From the NCBI GenBank assembly GCA_009103225.1, contig RHPI01003369.1, positions 1-64,000 on the forward strand: DNA of 64,000 bases, written 5' to 3'. Made by a program: the position numbers and the translations under genes. Within the stretch, counting starts at the first letter, position 1, and every line of letters begins with the position of its first letter. Shown here in pieces: positions 21,421 to 33,692 of this stretch. The stretch is from Chlorokybus atmophyticus. Lineage: Eukaryota > Plantae > Mesostigma and Chlorokybus algae. The notes under the pieces are model-generated. The model made no database searches and was not told the DNA's origin. It saw only the letters and a program-made list of their open reading frames with translations.

Positions 21421-23152
21421 TGGCTCATTTGCGCCTGCAGCAATCAAGTTAGGAACGTCAGTTGGGCAGGTGTTAGGTAGTAATCAGTGAGAACAAGTAA
21501 GAGCAGCAAGCCTGGCATCCTGCCTGGCCACCCGCACAAGTGCTCGTTACAGAGACGACACGCAAGTGCAAAACCTGAGTGCCCACAAGTTCTCATAGTT
21601 TGTTACTGCGCAACCGAGCAAGACGCACTCGTACGATTTGGTCACACAATCACCTCTTCTGTAAAAGCATGTGCAACTGCACGACTAGGTAAAGTATCTG
21701 ACTTGCTGAGCCGTCGCTGCAATGGTCCTTCAGACATTACTACGCTGAACTAATAGCTAACTATTAGGTCACTATTATTGCCTAGCATCCACGACACATG
21801 CTGACAGCAAGTTCTATACTACAACAAGTTGAGTTGCATGTCAGGTGCCAACATAACGCTATTGAAGTGGGTGGGTGTGCATGCGCTATTGCACGGCAAT
21901 AAGACGTGTGACCAAGCAGATGCACACTACCACCAGCTCGGGGCTTACCAGGAGACGGCTGGGGGTTCTCTCGATCACTCCGGGTCCTCCTCATAGTCAA
22001 TGTGCCAGCAATCTACACGTATACAGCCAACTCCAATCAACTGCTGGATGACGATTACACTCGAGTAGTGCAGTCAGCCAGCGATGAGCTCAAGTTGCTT
22101 AACGGTCCGGACATCGCGCCTGTTTGTGAGCGCCACCAGGCATTCATACATGCAGGAAAGACTGCGAATGCGAGCGAGGGAGCTGAGCGCTTTACAGGTT
22201 CATTACGGTAGTATGCAACTAGGCAAGGATGACTGGTTCGTCAATGTCTCGCCCGCATGCGCACTGAAACATGCACGCATACGCATGCGCATGTTGCGAT
22301 CAGTGCCCAATCACACAGCAAAATACACACACAGATGAACTGCTGTCTGCATGGGGGGAAACAAGCCCTAGAACTGTACCTGCTCCAAATTCTGAAACAT
22401 ATGCTGAGAGTCAGCTGGCACTGAGGTCGCCAGCAGCACTCCCATGCAGTCTCGGCAGCAAGCTTGCTGTAGCCAACTGCTCGCATAGACGGAGTGCCGA
22501 GCGGCATGCATGAGTGGCAATCGACATGGCTGAGTCAATCCTCACATGATGCACGTCACGCACATGCACGCACACACACACATACACCGCAACGCTCATA
22601 GTTGGATGTGCGTGACGTTGACAGCCCGAACAACAGCCAAAGAAGCTTTCACTGGAAACACAACTAGCTAGCTAGTCTAGCTGGCTATGCTCGTGCTTCC
22701 GCTCGACTCCAGCTAATGACAAAGCATTGGCAAGCACAAGCTTAGGCTACATAAAAGGGCAACGCACCTTTCCCACCACCCGCTGCGAACACGATGGGGG
22801 GGGCTCCGGCTGCTTGTCCTTCCGTCGTCTACCGGAGGTGGCGGAAACCCGCTCTCCCTCCACCTGCTCGCCGCCAGTGGCGAGACCAAGAAAGCGGCGG
22901 CGGCAGCGGCGGCGGCCGGAGCTGGAGTGCCTTCGGCCAGCGTCACGACCCTCACAATCACACACACACACACTCCTACGCCGCCCCTTGCTCCCCGCCC
23001 CCTGGGAGAGACCACGACCTTCCTGCCACTGGAGGAGAGCCAAGCAATGCCGGGGCCGGCAGTACCTGCCGTACTGCTGGCGCGGGACCTAACACTCCGC
23101 TCCAACCCCACATCCACATCCACATTCACACCCAGATCCAGATCCAGCTGCT

Positions 23153-25031
23153 CCTGGACTCGCCTGCGCTACAGGCACATGCCCTCGCGCGCACTCTGAA
23201 AGCGAGCCTGGAGATGCGTTGAAGTAGGTTTATGTGGCACAGATAATTAGCAGGCTTCACTGCATTGGTTCAGATGTTTTATGTTAGCTTGCATCCTTGT
23301 TTGTTAATTTGTATTGTTGAGGTGTTATGTTTTGCGGTAAGGCATTGCAAGCATCTAAAAGTGTTAAATATATATCTATGTAAGAATGTGCGGTACTTAC
23401 CAAGACATGAAATTAAATATGCAATGTATTTTATATGAACGCGCATGCATTTCATTAATGAAAACGCACATAAAATGGATGTACAAAACGCCACCGTCGC
23501 ACATGAAACGGCAATATAACAAGTTCTGAACGTTGCCAATGCACAAAGCTTGCAAAATTAACAGAAAATAACATGAATACAAAATCAACCTTTTTATGTA
23601 AACAGCTACCCAATCATAAACACTGGTCTTTAAAACAACGAGAGATAATTGCCTTCTCCATTGGAATCGATACGATGCTGCCATTTCATGCACTTATAGT
23701 TAAAGAGATTTTTTAGATTGGTACGAAGGCATTTGTTGTCGAGTTTGTTCACTTTTTAATACACCTTAATACACATGAACTTTTATTGAGATGGAATTGA
23801 TAATATCATATTATCAACCTGCTTCTCCGCATAAAAGGCGGCAGTATCCCCTTTGTTAAGCGAGTTTATATAAAGCTACGGCAGAGCCGGGAGTACTATT
23901 AACGGATACCCAACTTTGACTCGAGTGCACCTATTATATTGCATAAACTGACCTCTTATTTGAGTTGAAATAATGAGATTTAATAATGCCACATGAATTC
24001 AACTTTACATCTGAGTTTAGGAACAGATATCCACTTACAAACTCAATGTGATAATTATATACTTGGGAGCCAACAATCACTACTCAACCGTGGAGGTGGG
24101 GGGGTGATTGTTGGCTCCCAAGTATATAATTATCACATTGAGTTTGTAAGTGGATATCTGTTCCTAAACTCAGATGTAAAGTTGAATTCATGTGGCATTA
24201 TTAAATCTCATTATTTCAACTCAAATAAGAGGTCAGTTTATGCAATATAATAGGTGCACTCGAGTCAAAGTTGGGTATCCGTTAATAGTACTCCCGGCTC
24301 TGCCGTAGCTTTATATAAACTCGCTTAACAAAGGGGATACTGCCGCCTTTTATGCGGAGAAGCAGGTTGATAATATGATATTATCAATTCCATCTCAATA
24401 AAAGTTCATGTGTATTAAGGTGTATTAAAAAGTGAACAAACTCGACAACAAATGCCTTCGTACCAATCTAAAAAATCTCTTTAACTATAAGTGCATGAAA
24501 TGGCAGCATCGTATCGATTCCAATGGAGAAGGCAATTATCTCTCGTTGTTTTAAAGACCAGTGTTTATGATTGGGTAGCTGTTTACATAAAAAGGTTGAT
24601 TTTGTATTCATGTTATTTTCTGTTAATTTTGCAAGCTTTGTGCATTGGCAACGTTCAGAACTTGTTATATTGCCGTTTCATGTGCGACGGTGGCGTTTTG
24701 TACATCCATTTTATGTGCGTTTTCATTAATGAAATGCATGCGCGTTCATATAAAATACATTGCATATTTAATTTCATGTCTTGGTAAGTACCGCACATTC
24801 TTACATAGATATATATTTAACACTTTTAGATGCTTGCAATGCCTTACCGCAAAACATAACACCTCAACAATACAAATTAACAAACAAGGATGCAAGCTAA
24901 CATAAAACATCTGAACCAATGCAGTGAAGCCTGCTAATTATCTGTGCCACATAAACCTACTTCAACGCATCTCCAGGCTCGCTTTCAGAGTGCGCGCGAG
25001 GGCATGTGCCTGTAGCGCAGGCGAGTCCAGG
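23153..25031. repeat. Large inverted repeat: 928-bp arms (23153-24080, 24104-25031), 23-nt spacer
   Basis: Mirror ORFs 23397-23693(-)/24491-24787(+) and 23279-23539(-)/24645-24905(+) translate identically; the right arm ends at the N at 25032. Confidence 0.9.
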
Positions 25032-25121
25032 NGTCGCGCAGCAGATGTCGAGTTATTCTCATTGTCTTGTCAGCTTTAGATCCAATTGCTCAACTAATAA
25101 TTGAATAGGTGACACCTCAGA

Positions 25122-25540
25122 TGTAACAGTCAAGGCCAAATTCTGTGATTTTCATGGCCGTTTTAGGCCTTATTTGTAAGGTACATGTTTTTAATGACTT
25201 GTGGCGGATATCGGCGAGTTATGAGTCTGCCGCGGATATCGACCGGGGCCCCAAGACCAGTCCGGAAGGTGCCAGAAAACGGAGGGCCAGTCGAGAAGGG
25301 CTCGACCAGATTTCTGGAAGGGCCTGGCGCCAAGTAGTATAACTTGACCATATGAGCAGCAAATTAGGAGATCTTTGGTGCGTTGGAAAGGTCTAGAAGT
25401 GTACTACAAGATTCTGCAAGAATATCTTAGCTTCTAGTTCCGTCTAGCGCTAGAATCGTCTAGACAGTAGCATGTGCAGACTGGTAGGTATAAAAGTGAC
25501 ATTCTACAACTTGCAATACAACCTTTAGCTCCCTAGTTTC
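25122..25540 (+). repeat. 5' LTR (truncated by assembly join)
   Basis: Matches 29510-29928; one mismatch seen (25510 C vs 29898 T). Confidence 0.9.
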
Positions 25541-25549
25541 GACGCGTTN

Positions 25550-25927
25550 TACTTCAAGTCCACCACAAGAAACACTGACTGGAGGCAAAGGCATGGTGAT
25601 CAGCCCCGGGGAGGCTTTCAACATGCATGGAGACGAGGAGAACCAAGTTCAGCACTTGCCAATGGAGGTGCAGCTGACTCTGGGCCTGCACCAATGGAGG
25701 TGGGTGCCATACACACACATGGAAATAAGGCGAAGCACGGCGGACATGGTGAAAGAGGTAAAAGTGTGCGCAAGTGTTATGCGTGTGGGTCGACGGAGCA
25801 TTTGGCGTACGGATGCCCCAAACGAAGCACGCAAAGGCCAACACCGGATGGCAACCCTCGCCGTGATCGTCGCGTCAACACCATGGAGCAAAATGGCGTG
25901 GAGCAGGAAAACGACTTCCCCCAGTAG
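25550..25927 (+). CDS. gag: Gag C-terminus with CCHC zinc knuckle (partial)
   Basis: PAPMEVG and CYACGSTEHLAYGC; TAG stop at 25925-25927. Confidence 0.85.
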   Translation, partial: YFKSTTRNTDWRQRHGDQPRGGFQHAWRRGEPSSALANGGAADSGPAPMEVGAIHTHGNKAKHGGHGERGKSVRKCYACGSTEHLAYGCPKRSTQRPTPDGNPRRDRRVNTMEQNGVEQENDFPQ

Positions 25928-25980
25928 GTGAGGAGGCTACTGCTGGGGATAGGAAGGAGCCTCATGCACGGACGGATGCT

Positions 25981-28900
25981 GTGACATTTCCATTAAAGAA
26001 GCAAGAGGAGATGGCTTTGAACGCGCCAATGGTGGTGAGTTATGCAAACGAGGAGACAACAAAGTACTTCGGGCTTCGAGCACACATTTGCGATGACCAA
26101 GGACGATGGAGAGAGTGTAAGCTCATGATTGATAGCGGTGCCAACAGCAACTTCATGAGTATTGATATCGCGCGGCGTTACGGTTGGCTTTCGTCATTAC
26201 GAGGAGGTGAAGTGAAGCTCGCTGATGGAGAGCCACCCTCTGGAGGTGATGGCGCTGCGTTTATGACCAAAGAGTTGTGCGTTCGCATTGGGAAGATGAA
26301 GGAGAGCATGCGGTTTTGCTGCATCACCCTACGGAACGGGTTTGATGGGATTTTGGGACTACCGTGGCTATGGCAACATAATCCAGCTATCAATTGGAGG
26401 AAGCGCGTGCTCACCATTGAGCGAAACGGTGGAGAGTCCATTCAAGCTGCATCGGACGTCATTGAGGCGCGGCACGCACAATTAGGTGGTACGACAATTG
26501 CCCAGATCTCTTATGTGCAATTGATGAAGTTATTGTCTCCACGGAAGGCAAAGGCTGCATGGTTGTGCGTGGTGCGCGAAAACACTGCAAAGTCAGCACC
26601 GGAGCTGAGTGACGATGTTCAGACGGCTACTATGGACCCCGAGGTGTGTAAACTTGTTAAAGAATACCAAGATATCATGGTGGACGGACTTCCATCTGGT
26701 CTACCACCTCCACGGAGCGTAGACCACCGTGTGGAGCTGATTGAGGGCGTGCACAAGCCACCGTATCGACCCGTATACAAGTTGTCACCTTTGGAACTGG
26801 AAGAGGCCGAGAGGCAGGTGGCGGACTTGCTGGAAAGAGGCTACATCAGGCCTAGTAAGTCCCCCTATGGTGCACCTATTTTGTTTGTACGAAAGAAGAA
26901 CGGGAGCTTGCGCATGTGCGTCGACTACCGAGCTCTCAACAACATCACGAAGAGGAATTGCTTTCCACTCCCACGTATCGACGAGTTGCTGGAGCAATTG
27001 CAAGGTGCGCAGTACTTCACAACACTTGATCTTGCTGGAGGTTATCACCAAATTCGCATCGCGCCCGAGGATGTGGAGAAAACAGCTTTTAACACACGTT
27101 ATGGGCACTACGAGTGGTTGGTCATGTCCTTCGGACTTACGAACGCACCGGCAACATTTCAAACGCTTATGAACAGCGTTTTTGCTGACTTGATTGGTAA
27201 GGGAGTCCTCGTGTACCTCGACGACATTTTGGTGTACGCGACAACAAAGGAGGAGCACGTGGCACTTCTACGGCGCGTGTTGCAGCGTTTGCGCGAACAC
27301 AAGTTGTACGCCCAGCTACAAAAGTGCAAATTCTTGCTTCGAGAGGTGGAGTACCTAGGCCACATTGTGTCGCATGAAGGCATCAAGCCGGACCCCAACA
27401 AAGTGCAGGTGGTGCGCGAGTGGGCTGCCCCGACCAATGTAAAGGAGGTGATGTCCTTTTTAGGCCTTGCGGGGTATTATCGCAAGTTTATCATGGGGTT
27501 TTCGCGCATAGCTGCTCCCTTGACTACCCTACTCAAGAAGGGAAAGCATTGGAGCTGGTCAGCAACAGAGGAACATGCATTTGCTGCGTTGAAGAAGGCG
27601 CTGACGGAGGCACCAGTCCTGGCTCACCCCAACATGGAAAAGACATTTATTTTGGCTTGCGACGCGTCCGACACAGCCGTAGGAGCTGTTTTGCAGCAAG
27701 ACCATGGCAACGGCCTTCAACCAGTAGCATTCTTCAGCAAGAAGATGAGTGGTGCGGAGCTGAATTACCCCGTGCACGAGAAGGAACTTTTAGCGCAAGT
27801 CATGGCGCTACGACAATGGCGTTGTTTTCTGGAAGGCAAAAAGTTCGTGCTTGAGACGGATCACTCTCCACTGAGGTACTTACAAACACAACCTCATCTG
27901 AGTCGCAGACAAGCTCGATGGCTTGAGTTCTTTCAACTTTTTGACTTCGATATCAAGTACAAGCCCGGTACGTCAAATGGTGTTGCTGACGCGCTGAGCC
28001 GGCTTAATGCAATTGAGGCACTCGCTCAAGTGCAGCCCGAGTGGACCGACCAGATTCGGCAAGTGCTTCGTGAAGACACGGAGGGTATGAAAGTGTTGCA
28101 AGAGCTGGAAAATACAGCTACGGACACAAGTGGGCACTGGTCAATGCGCGACGGGCTGCTGTGGCACCATGGGCGCTTGTACATCCCCAACGTCGCGCAT
28201 ATCCGTGTGAAGTTGCTGAAGGAAGCTCATGACGTGCCCATTGCTGGTCACCAAGGGTTGGAAAGGACTTTGGCAAGCTTAAAACAGCGTTTTTACTGGC
28301 GAGAGATGCATCGCGATGTGCGCGACTACGTGGCGTTGTGCGACGCATGCCAAAGGGTGAAGGCAAGCAACCAAAAGCCAGGTGGGTTGCTGCAACCTCT
28401 CCCTGTGCCATTGTCCAAGTGGGAGCAAGTTACCATGGACTTTATCACGGGGCTACCAAAGACAAAAGAAGGGTACGACGCTATACTTGTGTTCGTCGAT
28501 AAAACCAGCAAAATGGTACGCTTGGCACCGTGTAGTGAGTCTTGCACGGCACCGGAGGCAGCACGCTTGTTCGTGAAGCATGTATTTCGTTCTCATGGAT
28601 TACCACGAAGCATTGTGAGTGATCGCGACCCGCGCTTTACAAGTAAGTTTTGGGAGGCGCTGCATAGTGCACTGGGTACCACACTGAAGTTTAGCACGGC
28701 ATTCCACCCGCAAACTGATGGGCAAACGGAGCGGGCCAACCGTGTGATCGAGGACATGCTGCGTTGCTACGTTAACGCGCGACAAGACAATTGGGAGGAG
28801 CTGCTTGAGTTGGTTGAGTTTGCGATCAACAACCACCACAATGCAAGCACAGGTGTCACTCCCTTCCTTATGAACTACGGGCAACATCCATTGACACCGT

Positions 28901-29514
28901 TGACGGCATGGACACCGCGACGACATGACGTGCGTGTGGAGGCAGCTAATGACTTCCTTACAAAGTGCGCGGACATTAACAAGGCAGCTAGGGATGCGTT
29001 ATTGGTGGCACAAAATCGGCAGAAGCAGTACGCGGACGCGCATCGCCGACACCTCACGTTTCAGGAAGGCGACATTGTGTTACTCTCCGCGAAGCACGTC
29101 CAGGTGCGTACGGGAGTTCGCAAGCTGAATGAACGCTGGTTGGGACCATTTAAGGTCAGCAAAGTTATCTCGGACGTGGCGTACAAGTTGGAGCTACCCG
29201 ACACCATGCGTGTGCACCCCGTTTTTCACGTCTCCCTTCTGAAAGCATATCGAGGACAACCGCCAGAAAGGCCACCCCCCGAAGTTGGCACAGACGGTGA
29301 ACCCGAGTGGGAGGTAGAAGACATCCTTGGTGAGAAGTTTGTGCATGGCGTACGCAAGTTCTTAGTGAAATGGAAGGGCTATCCGTTGCATGAAGCATCC
29401 TGGGAGCCAGAGGCACACTTGACTAATGCTCAAGACGTTGTGCGTGCCTATCTTGCTCGACGACAACCTCGCGAGCTTCGAGGACGAAGCTCACCTGGGG
29501 GGGGAGGAGTGTAA
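25981..29514 (+). CDS. pol: Pol polyprotein: protease, RT, RNase H, integrase, chromodomain (frame open from 25867, -1 relative to gag)
   Basis: LMIDSGANSNF; YLDD; DASDTAVGAVL; H..H..C..C plus integrase core; EWEVEDILG...FLVKWKGY...SWEPE chromodomain; 1177 aa without stops. Confidence 0.97.
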   Translation: MTFPLKKQEEMALNAPMVVSYANEETTKYFGLRAHICDDQGRWRECKLMIDSGANSNFMSIDIARRYGWLSSLRGGEVKLADGEPPSGGDGAAFMTKELCVRIGKMKESMRFCCITLRNGFDGILGLPWLWQHNPAINWRKRVLTIERNGGESIQAASDVIEARHAQLGGTTIAQISYVQLMKLLSPRKAKAAWLCVVRENTAKSAPELSDDVQTATMDPEVCKLVKEYQDIMVDGLPSGLPPPRSVDHRVELIEGVHKPPYRPVYKLSPLELEEAERQVADLLERGYIRPSKSPYGAPILFVRKKNGSLRMCVDYRALNNITKRNCFPLPRIDELLEQLQGAQYFTTLDLAGGYHQIRIAPEDVEKTAFNTRYGHYEWLVMSFGLTNAPATFQTLMNSVFADLIGKGVLVYLDDILVYATTKEEHVALLRRVLQRLREHKLYAQLQKCKFLLREVEYLGHIVSHEGIKPDPNKVQVVREWAAPTNVKEVMSFLGLAGYYRKFIMGFSRIAAPLTTLLKKGKHWSWSATEEHAFAALKKALTEAPVLAHPNMEKTFILACDASDTAVGAVLQQDHGNGLQPVAFFSKKMSGAELNYPVHEKELLAQVMALRQWRCFLEGKKFVLETDHSPLRYLQTQPHLSRRQARWLEFFQLFDFDIKYKPGTSNGVADALSRLNAIEALAQVQPEWTDQIRQVLREDTEGMKVLQELENTATDTSGHWSMRDGLLWHHGRLYIPNVAHIRVKLLKEAHDVPIAGHQGLERTLASLKQRFYWREMHRDVRDYVALCDACQRVKASNQKPGGLLQPLPVPLSKWEQVTMDFITGLPKTKEGYDAILVFVDKTSKMVRLAPCSESCTAPEAARLFVKHVFRSHGLPRSIVSDRDPRFTSKFWEALHSALGTTLKFSTAFHPQTDGQTERANRVIEDMLRCYVNARQDNWEELLELVEFAINNHHNASTGVTPFLMNYGQHPLTPLTAWTPRRHDVRVEAANDFLTKCADINKAARDALLVAQNRQKQYADAHRRHLTFQEGDIVLLSAKHVQVRTGVRKLNERWLGPFKVSKVISDVAYKLELPDTMRVHPVFHVSLLKAYRGQPPERPPPEVGTDGEPEWEVEDILGEKFVHGVRKFLVKWKGYPLHEASWEPEAHLTNAQDVVRAYLARRQPRELRGRSSPGGGGV

Positions 29515-30181
29515 CAGTCAAGGCCAAATTCTGTGATTTTCATGGCCGTTTTAGGCCTTATTTGTAAGGTACATGTTTTTAATGACTTGTGGCGGATATC
29601 GGCGAGTTATGAGTCTGCCGCGGATATCGACCGGGGCCCCAAGACCAGTCCGGAAGGTGCCAGAAAACGGAGGGCCAGTCGAGAAGGGCTCGACCAGATT
29701 TCTGGAAGGGCCTGGCGCCAAGTAGTATAACTTGACCATATGAGCAGCAAATTAGGAGATCTTTGGTGCGTTGGAAAGGTCTAGAAGTGTACTACAAGAT
29801 TCTGCAAGAATATCTTAGCTTCTAGTTCCGTCTAGCGCTAGAATCGTCTAGACAGTAGCATGTGCAGACTGGTAGGTATAAAAGTGACATTCTACAATTT
29901 GCAATACAACCTTTAGCTCCCTAGTTTCTTGTGTGCAAGCTTGGTGGTGGTTAGCAGGGGTTGCTAGCGTGTGCCCACCGGTGTGTGCTTGCTTGTGTGA
30001 CGATCCAAGGCGCTACACAAGTCGGTGTGTAGCTTCGAGCGCATGCGCGTGCGTACGCGAGTGGCGGGGCGCGCGTGTGTGCTTGGCAGAGGGGGCAAGG
30101 TTCCGGTGTGAATACTGTGTCTTGGTGAGAGGGTTGTGGATTGGACCAACTCACCGGTAACAAGGCACGAGCACCGTCACA
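29510..30181 (+). repeat. 3' LTR (672 bp)
   Basis: Begins TGTAAC directly after the PPT, ends GTCACA, followed by TSD TCAGA. Confidence 0.9.
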
Positions 30182-30583
30182 TCAGATGCACATAGGCAAC
30201 TCAATATGCGCACGCGTGCACGTGCACACCACAATCATATAGTGACAACAATAACCACACCTTCGGCACTGAAAACAGTAAGTGATCTACACACATCACA
30301 GCACTCGTACGGTATGATAGGTTCGTGTGAGGATGTGTTTCACAGTGCGACATAACGTGTGTGTGCTATGTGCAATTACATGCATCGGCTTTTTAGTGGT
30401 ATGCAAGTGTGCTAGCTAGCATGCATGCGCACGTACTACTATGAATTGCACGTGTTACACGTGCAATCCACCCGCCAGATGCAATGTTCGTACATGCCGA
30501 ACGTGCGGCAGTCTCTGTCCACAACCTAAGGCCGCGCTCAGCATCCCGTGCGACTCCGCCGCCGCGCGAACTAAACGCCCTCA

Positions 30584-30883
30584 CAGGGTGGTCCCTGTAT
30601 TTGCAATGCTTTGTCATCGTTTAAATACGCCTTGCAGCAATACTTTGCATTGCTAAGCTCCTGTAATGCTAGTGACAATCGTGCACATATGGACTTGTCG
30701 TAGGAATGTTGCAGAGCCAGCGCTGCGGGCTTCATTGATGTGCCGAATTGATGTGTTTGGCCCAAATGTTTGGTTCCAATGCACACAACCGTTGTGTATA
30801 TAAGGGGTATGATACGGTGGCAGCATGCATGGTGTGGACAGTGCGAATGGCAGGCATCAGCACAAGCATACACACGCTTTACA
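30584..30883 (+). repeat. 300-bp direct repeat, copy 1
   Basis: Matches 36688-36987 (offset 6104); begins CAGGG-TGGT-CCCTG. Confidence 0.9.
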
Positions 30884-31338
30884 CATCAAATTTCACCACC
30901 GAGCTAGTTCTATGGCTGCTTGCTACACTATACCAATGCTAGCCCGCCCCGTTAGACATACAAGCATGTGCACGTACCAACATAGTGAACCACCTGTACT
31001 CCGTGTGGCCACAACAACGCTTTGTGCTGCATTTGCGACCGGATGCACGACAGTGGACTTCAAGTCTAATTCTATATTGCCCTGATATTAATCCATCAAA
31101 AGCAGGCAAATGAGATATGCAGTTACCTTCAGGAGACAAGGCTTTACGAAAGTGTGAGCTGTCACACGGGTGCATACAACGCAGATTGCACAGTGCACAT
31201 TTTAATGCTCACATGCAACATCCATGCTTGTCAAAAAGATGGCCGCAATCATCAACTCAAGGGAAACACCAGGAAGCAGTGTGAAGCCGTACCCCGATAG
31301 GTATATCTCTACTACTGGTATGTTTTGTATAACACAAT

Positions 31339-33533
31339 CTAAGCAGTTGCCTTCACTGGCTCCGCCAGGCGGGACTTGCCGGTCAGGTACTCCTCGAAGC
31401 GGATCACCTGCAGTAGAGCACATCGTCAGCCAATACACACATGACAGCCTCTTGTTGCTGAGCTCAACATTGCACACTTGAAAACGGCAGACAGGTGCGC
31501 ACAAGCATAACTCTTGTGGGGGCACGTACGGTACATGACATACCTCTTTCTTTGAGCCATAGGCGACCTGAGTGCGGACCTCCGTGTGGTCGATGAGGAT
31601 GTCCAGCACAGACTTGGTGCCGTCGCTGCTAAAGCCACCGGCATTTTCAATGAGGAGACCCAGGGGAGCGACCTCAAAGAGCACACGCAGCTTCGCCTTT
31701 GTCGAGGGAGATGTGGCATTGCAGAAGATGCCTTTCTCCTTGATGAGGATCTGCAAGCAATCCAGTGTGTCACTGGCTATCATGAAACACAGCTGAATGC
31801 TTTGTGCCCGTTTAATGTCGCTACAATGGAGCAAGTCTGAGTGCTGTGCAGAACACATCCCTTGTTGACCACCACGTTTGCCACCTACCTGGTTCACATC
31901 AGGAACCATGCCTCCAGTGTAGCGCAGCGTGTACTTCTCACCAATCCAGTAAGAGATGAGCTTCTCGTAGGCAGGGTTGTCGAAGGTGGCGCGCAGGTTG
32001 CCGGGGGAGAAGAGCTTGCCCTCCTTGATCTCATAGGTCTCGTGCACATGCATCCACTTGCCTGATGGTAGTCTGGGTGTCAATTCCGATGGCAAGCAGC
32101 AATTGCGACCAAATGGCATGTTACTGTTACTGTTCCCAGCACATGTCGAGGTTGAACTACCTACCGTCATCCTGGAGCAAGAACTCGTGGGTGCCGGGGT
32201 GGCCCTTCACAGCCAGCATGTATGTGGTGCGGGGGCCGTACACGCCCATTCCTGAGGCTGCCTGTCGAGGCAGGTTGAAAGAAGTTAAACCATGTTGCTC
32301 ATCAGGAGTGCATGCTGAGACTGCAACCTGAGGGAGACAACCACTAGCACATACCAGGTCGCTGCCCTTGATGCCAGTGAGCTGGGAGCCGGGCCAGACG
32401 CCGAAGATGGTGCCAACAGCGAAGTTGGTGTCCACAATGGAGCTGCCATCGAGGGGATCAAACGCCACGCTGAAGCCTGCCATGTAATGACCATTGGTCT
32501 CACAATGCACTCAACACGTTTTGCTGCCACCAACTGGTAATCTAGTAATACATGCATTCTTTAACTAACCAACGCCAAGCAAGTTACAGCGGATTAGTAT
32601 AAGTGAGCTGCTTGTGCATTGCCTGCGCTTGACCCACTGAACTGGAATGCATGAAAATGGGCAGATCAACACGCCACTTACCCTCGCCACCCATGTCACG
32701 CACTTCGGGCACCTCCTCGCTGCAAGCTGAAGCGCAGACACCAGAGAAGCGAAGGGCCTGGCATACCAAGCAGACACAAATTGATATCAACAACTATTTG
32801 GGCATTGCTCACAATGCCACTGCCATCTGGTGGCCTGATTTTAGGGTGCAGAAGTACAAGTTGCTGTTGCCCCAATGCACTCTCAACAATGTGGGTGTTG
32901 TGTGGAATGTGGTGGAGTGCTCATGCTTGCCTCAAAGAGAAGCTTGTCGGCGAGGACATCAACAGCGAGCTGCTCATCGCCGAAGGAGTTGAAGCATGCG
33001 GTGGCGCCGCAAGAGGCGGTGCGGACCTTGTAGGCGATGGTGCGCAGGGCCTCGCCAAGGCTGAGCAGAACCTGGCGCAGCTTCTGGTCGGGGGTGGCCT
33101 TCAGCAGGAACTCCTCCAGGCTGTCGCCCAGCTCCGCCCTGGTCACCTGCCTGCTGCTGCTGCTGCTGCTGGCAGCGGCCCTGCGGCTCACAGCGGGAAG
33201 CTGGGCACCGACGAAGCTGGAGCTGCCCTGCATTCAGAGACAAAGCCAACACTTCAGCCACAGAGCATGCCTGAGCCTCAACAAGCCACGACATCATCTC
33301 AACTAGCTGCATTGTCGAGCTGAGCAGTACATCAAGCCAGCCAGCGAAAGCAGCTCAACACACTTCCATTCCACAACCAGGTAGCTCACCAGGCTGGCCT
33401 GAGAGCAGGGCTTGGCTGCGGCGCTGCGCGGAGCGACGGCAGCCGCGGGGCTGCTGCGGCGGGCCTTGGCCACTGCCGGCCTGGTGGCCGCAACCTGGGA
33501 CACCACCGCCTGCATGGTCGTCGCCGCCGCCAT
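31339..33533 (-). CDS. SBPASE: Sedoheptulose-1,7-bisphosphatase, chloroplast precursor (8 exons)
   Basis: Transit peptide [12 protein letters not shown]...; [18 protein letters not shown]|ALRFS...SEEVPE; [25 protein letters not shown]; [15 protein letters not shown]; [12 protein letters not shown]. Exons 33533-33390, 33227-32931, 32757-32682, 32476-32355, 32261-32165, 32061-31889, 31750-31544, 31407-31339. Confidence 0.97.
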
Positions 33534-33692
33534 TGTGGGATGCCTAACACGTGGAATGCGTTGGCACAAGCTGAGCTGTGTGAGGTGTTCAATGCTTGGG
33601 CTTGTGGCTAAGGTATGGCCTTGCTAACTGTATATATTGTTTTGCTGCGCACCTGGTGTAGTCCTGGGGCGTCAGTCGCTGTCCGCCATTTA

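Larger units (their letters stand above)
25122..30181 (+). mobile_element. Ty3/Gypsy chromovirus LTR retrotransposon, recent insertion; part of 5' LTR, PBS and most of gag lost at the N join 25549
   Basis: TG...CA termini; 5-bp TSD TCAGA at 25117-25121 and 30182-30186; PPT GGGGGGGGAGGAG at 29497-29509; intact pol. Confidence 0.95.

Noticed and set aside
22713-23222. Overlapping GC-rich ORFs beside the large inverted repeat
   Set aside because: Low-complexity translations in several frames with no recognisable domain.
23279-24905. Mirror ORF pairs as duplicated genes
   Set aside because: Identical only because of the inverted repeat; AT-rich and without recognisable protein motifs.
30151-30162. 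GGTAACA at 30156-30162 as the 3' LTR end
   Set aside because: No TSD follows it; the end at 30181 is followed by TCAGA, matching the left flank.
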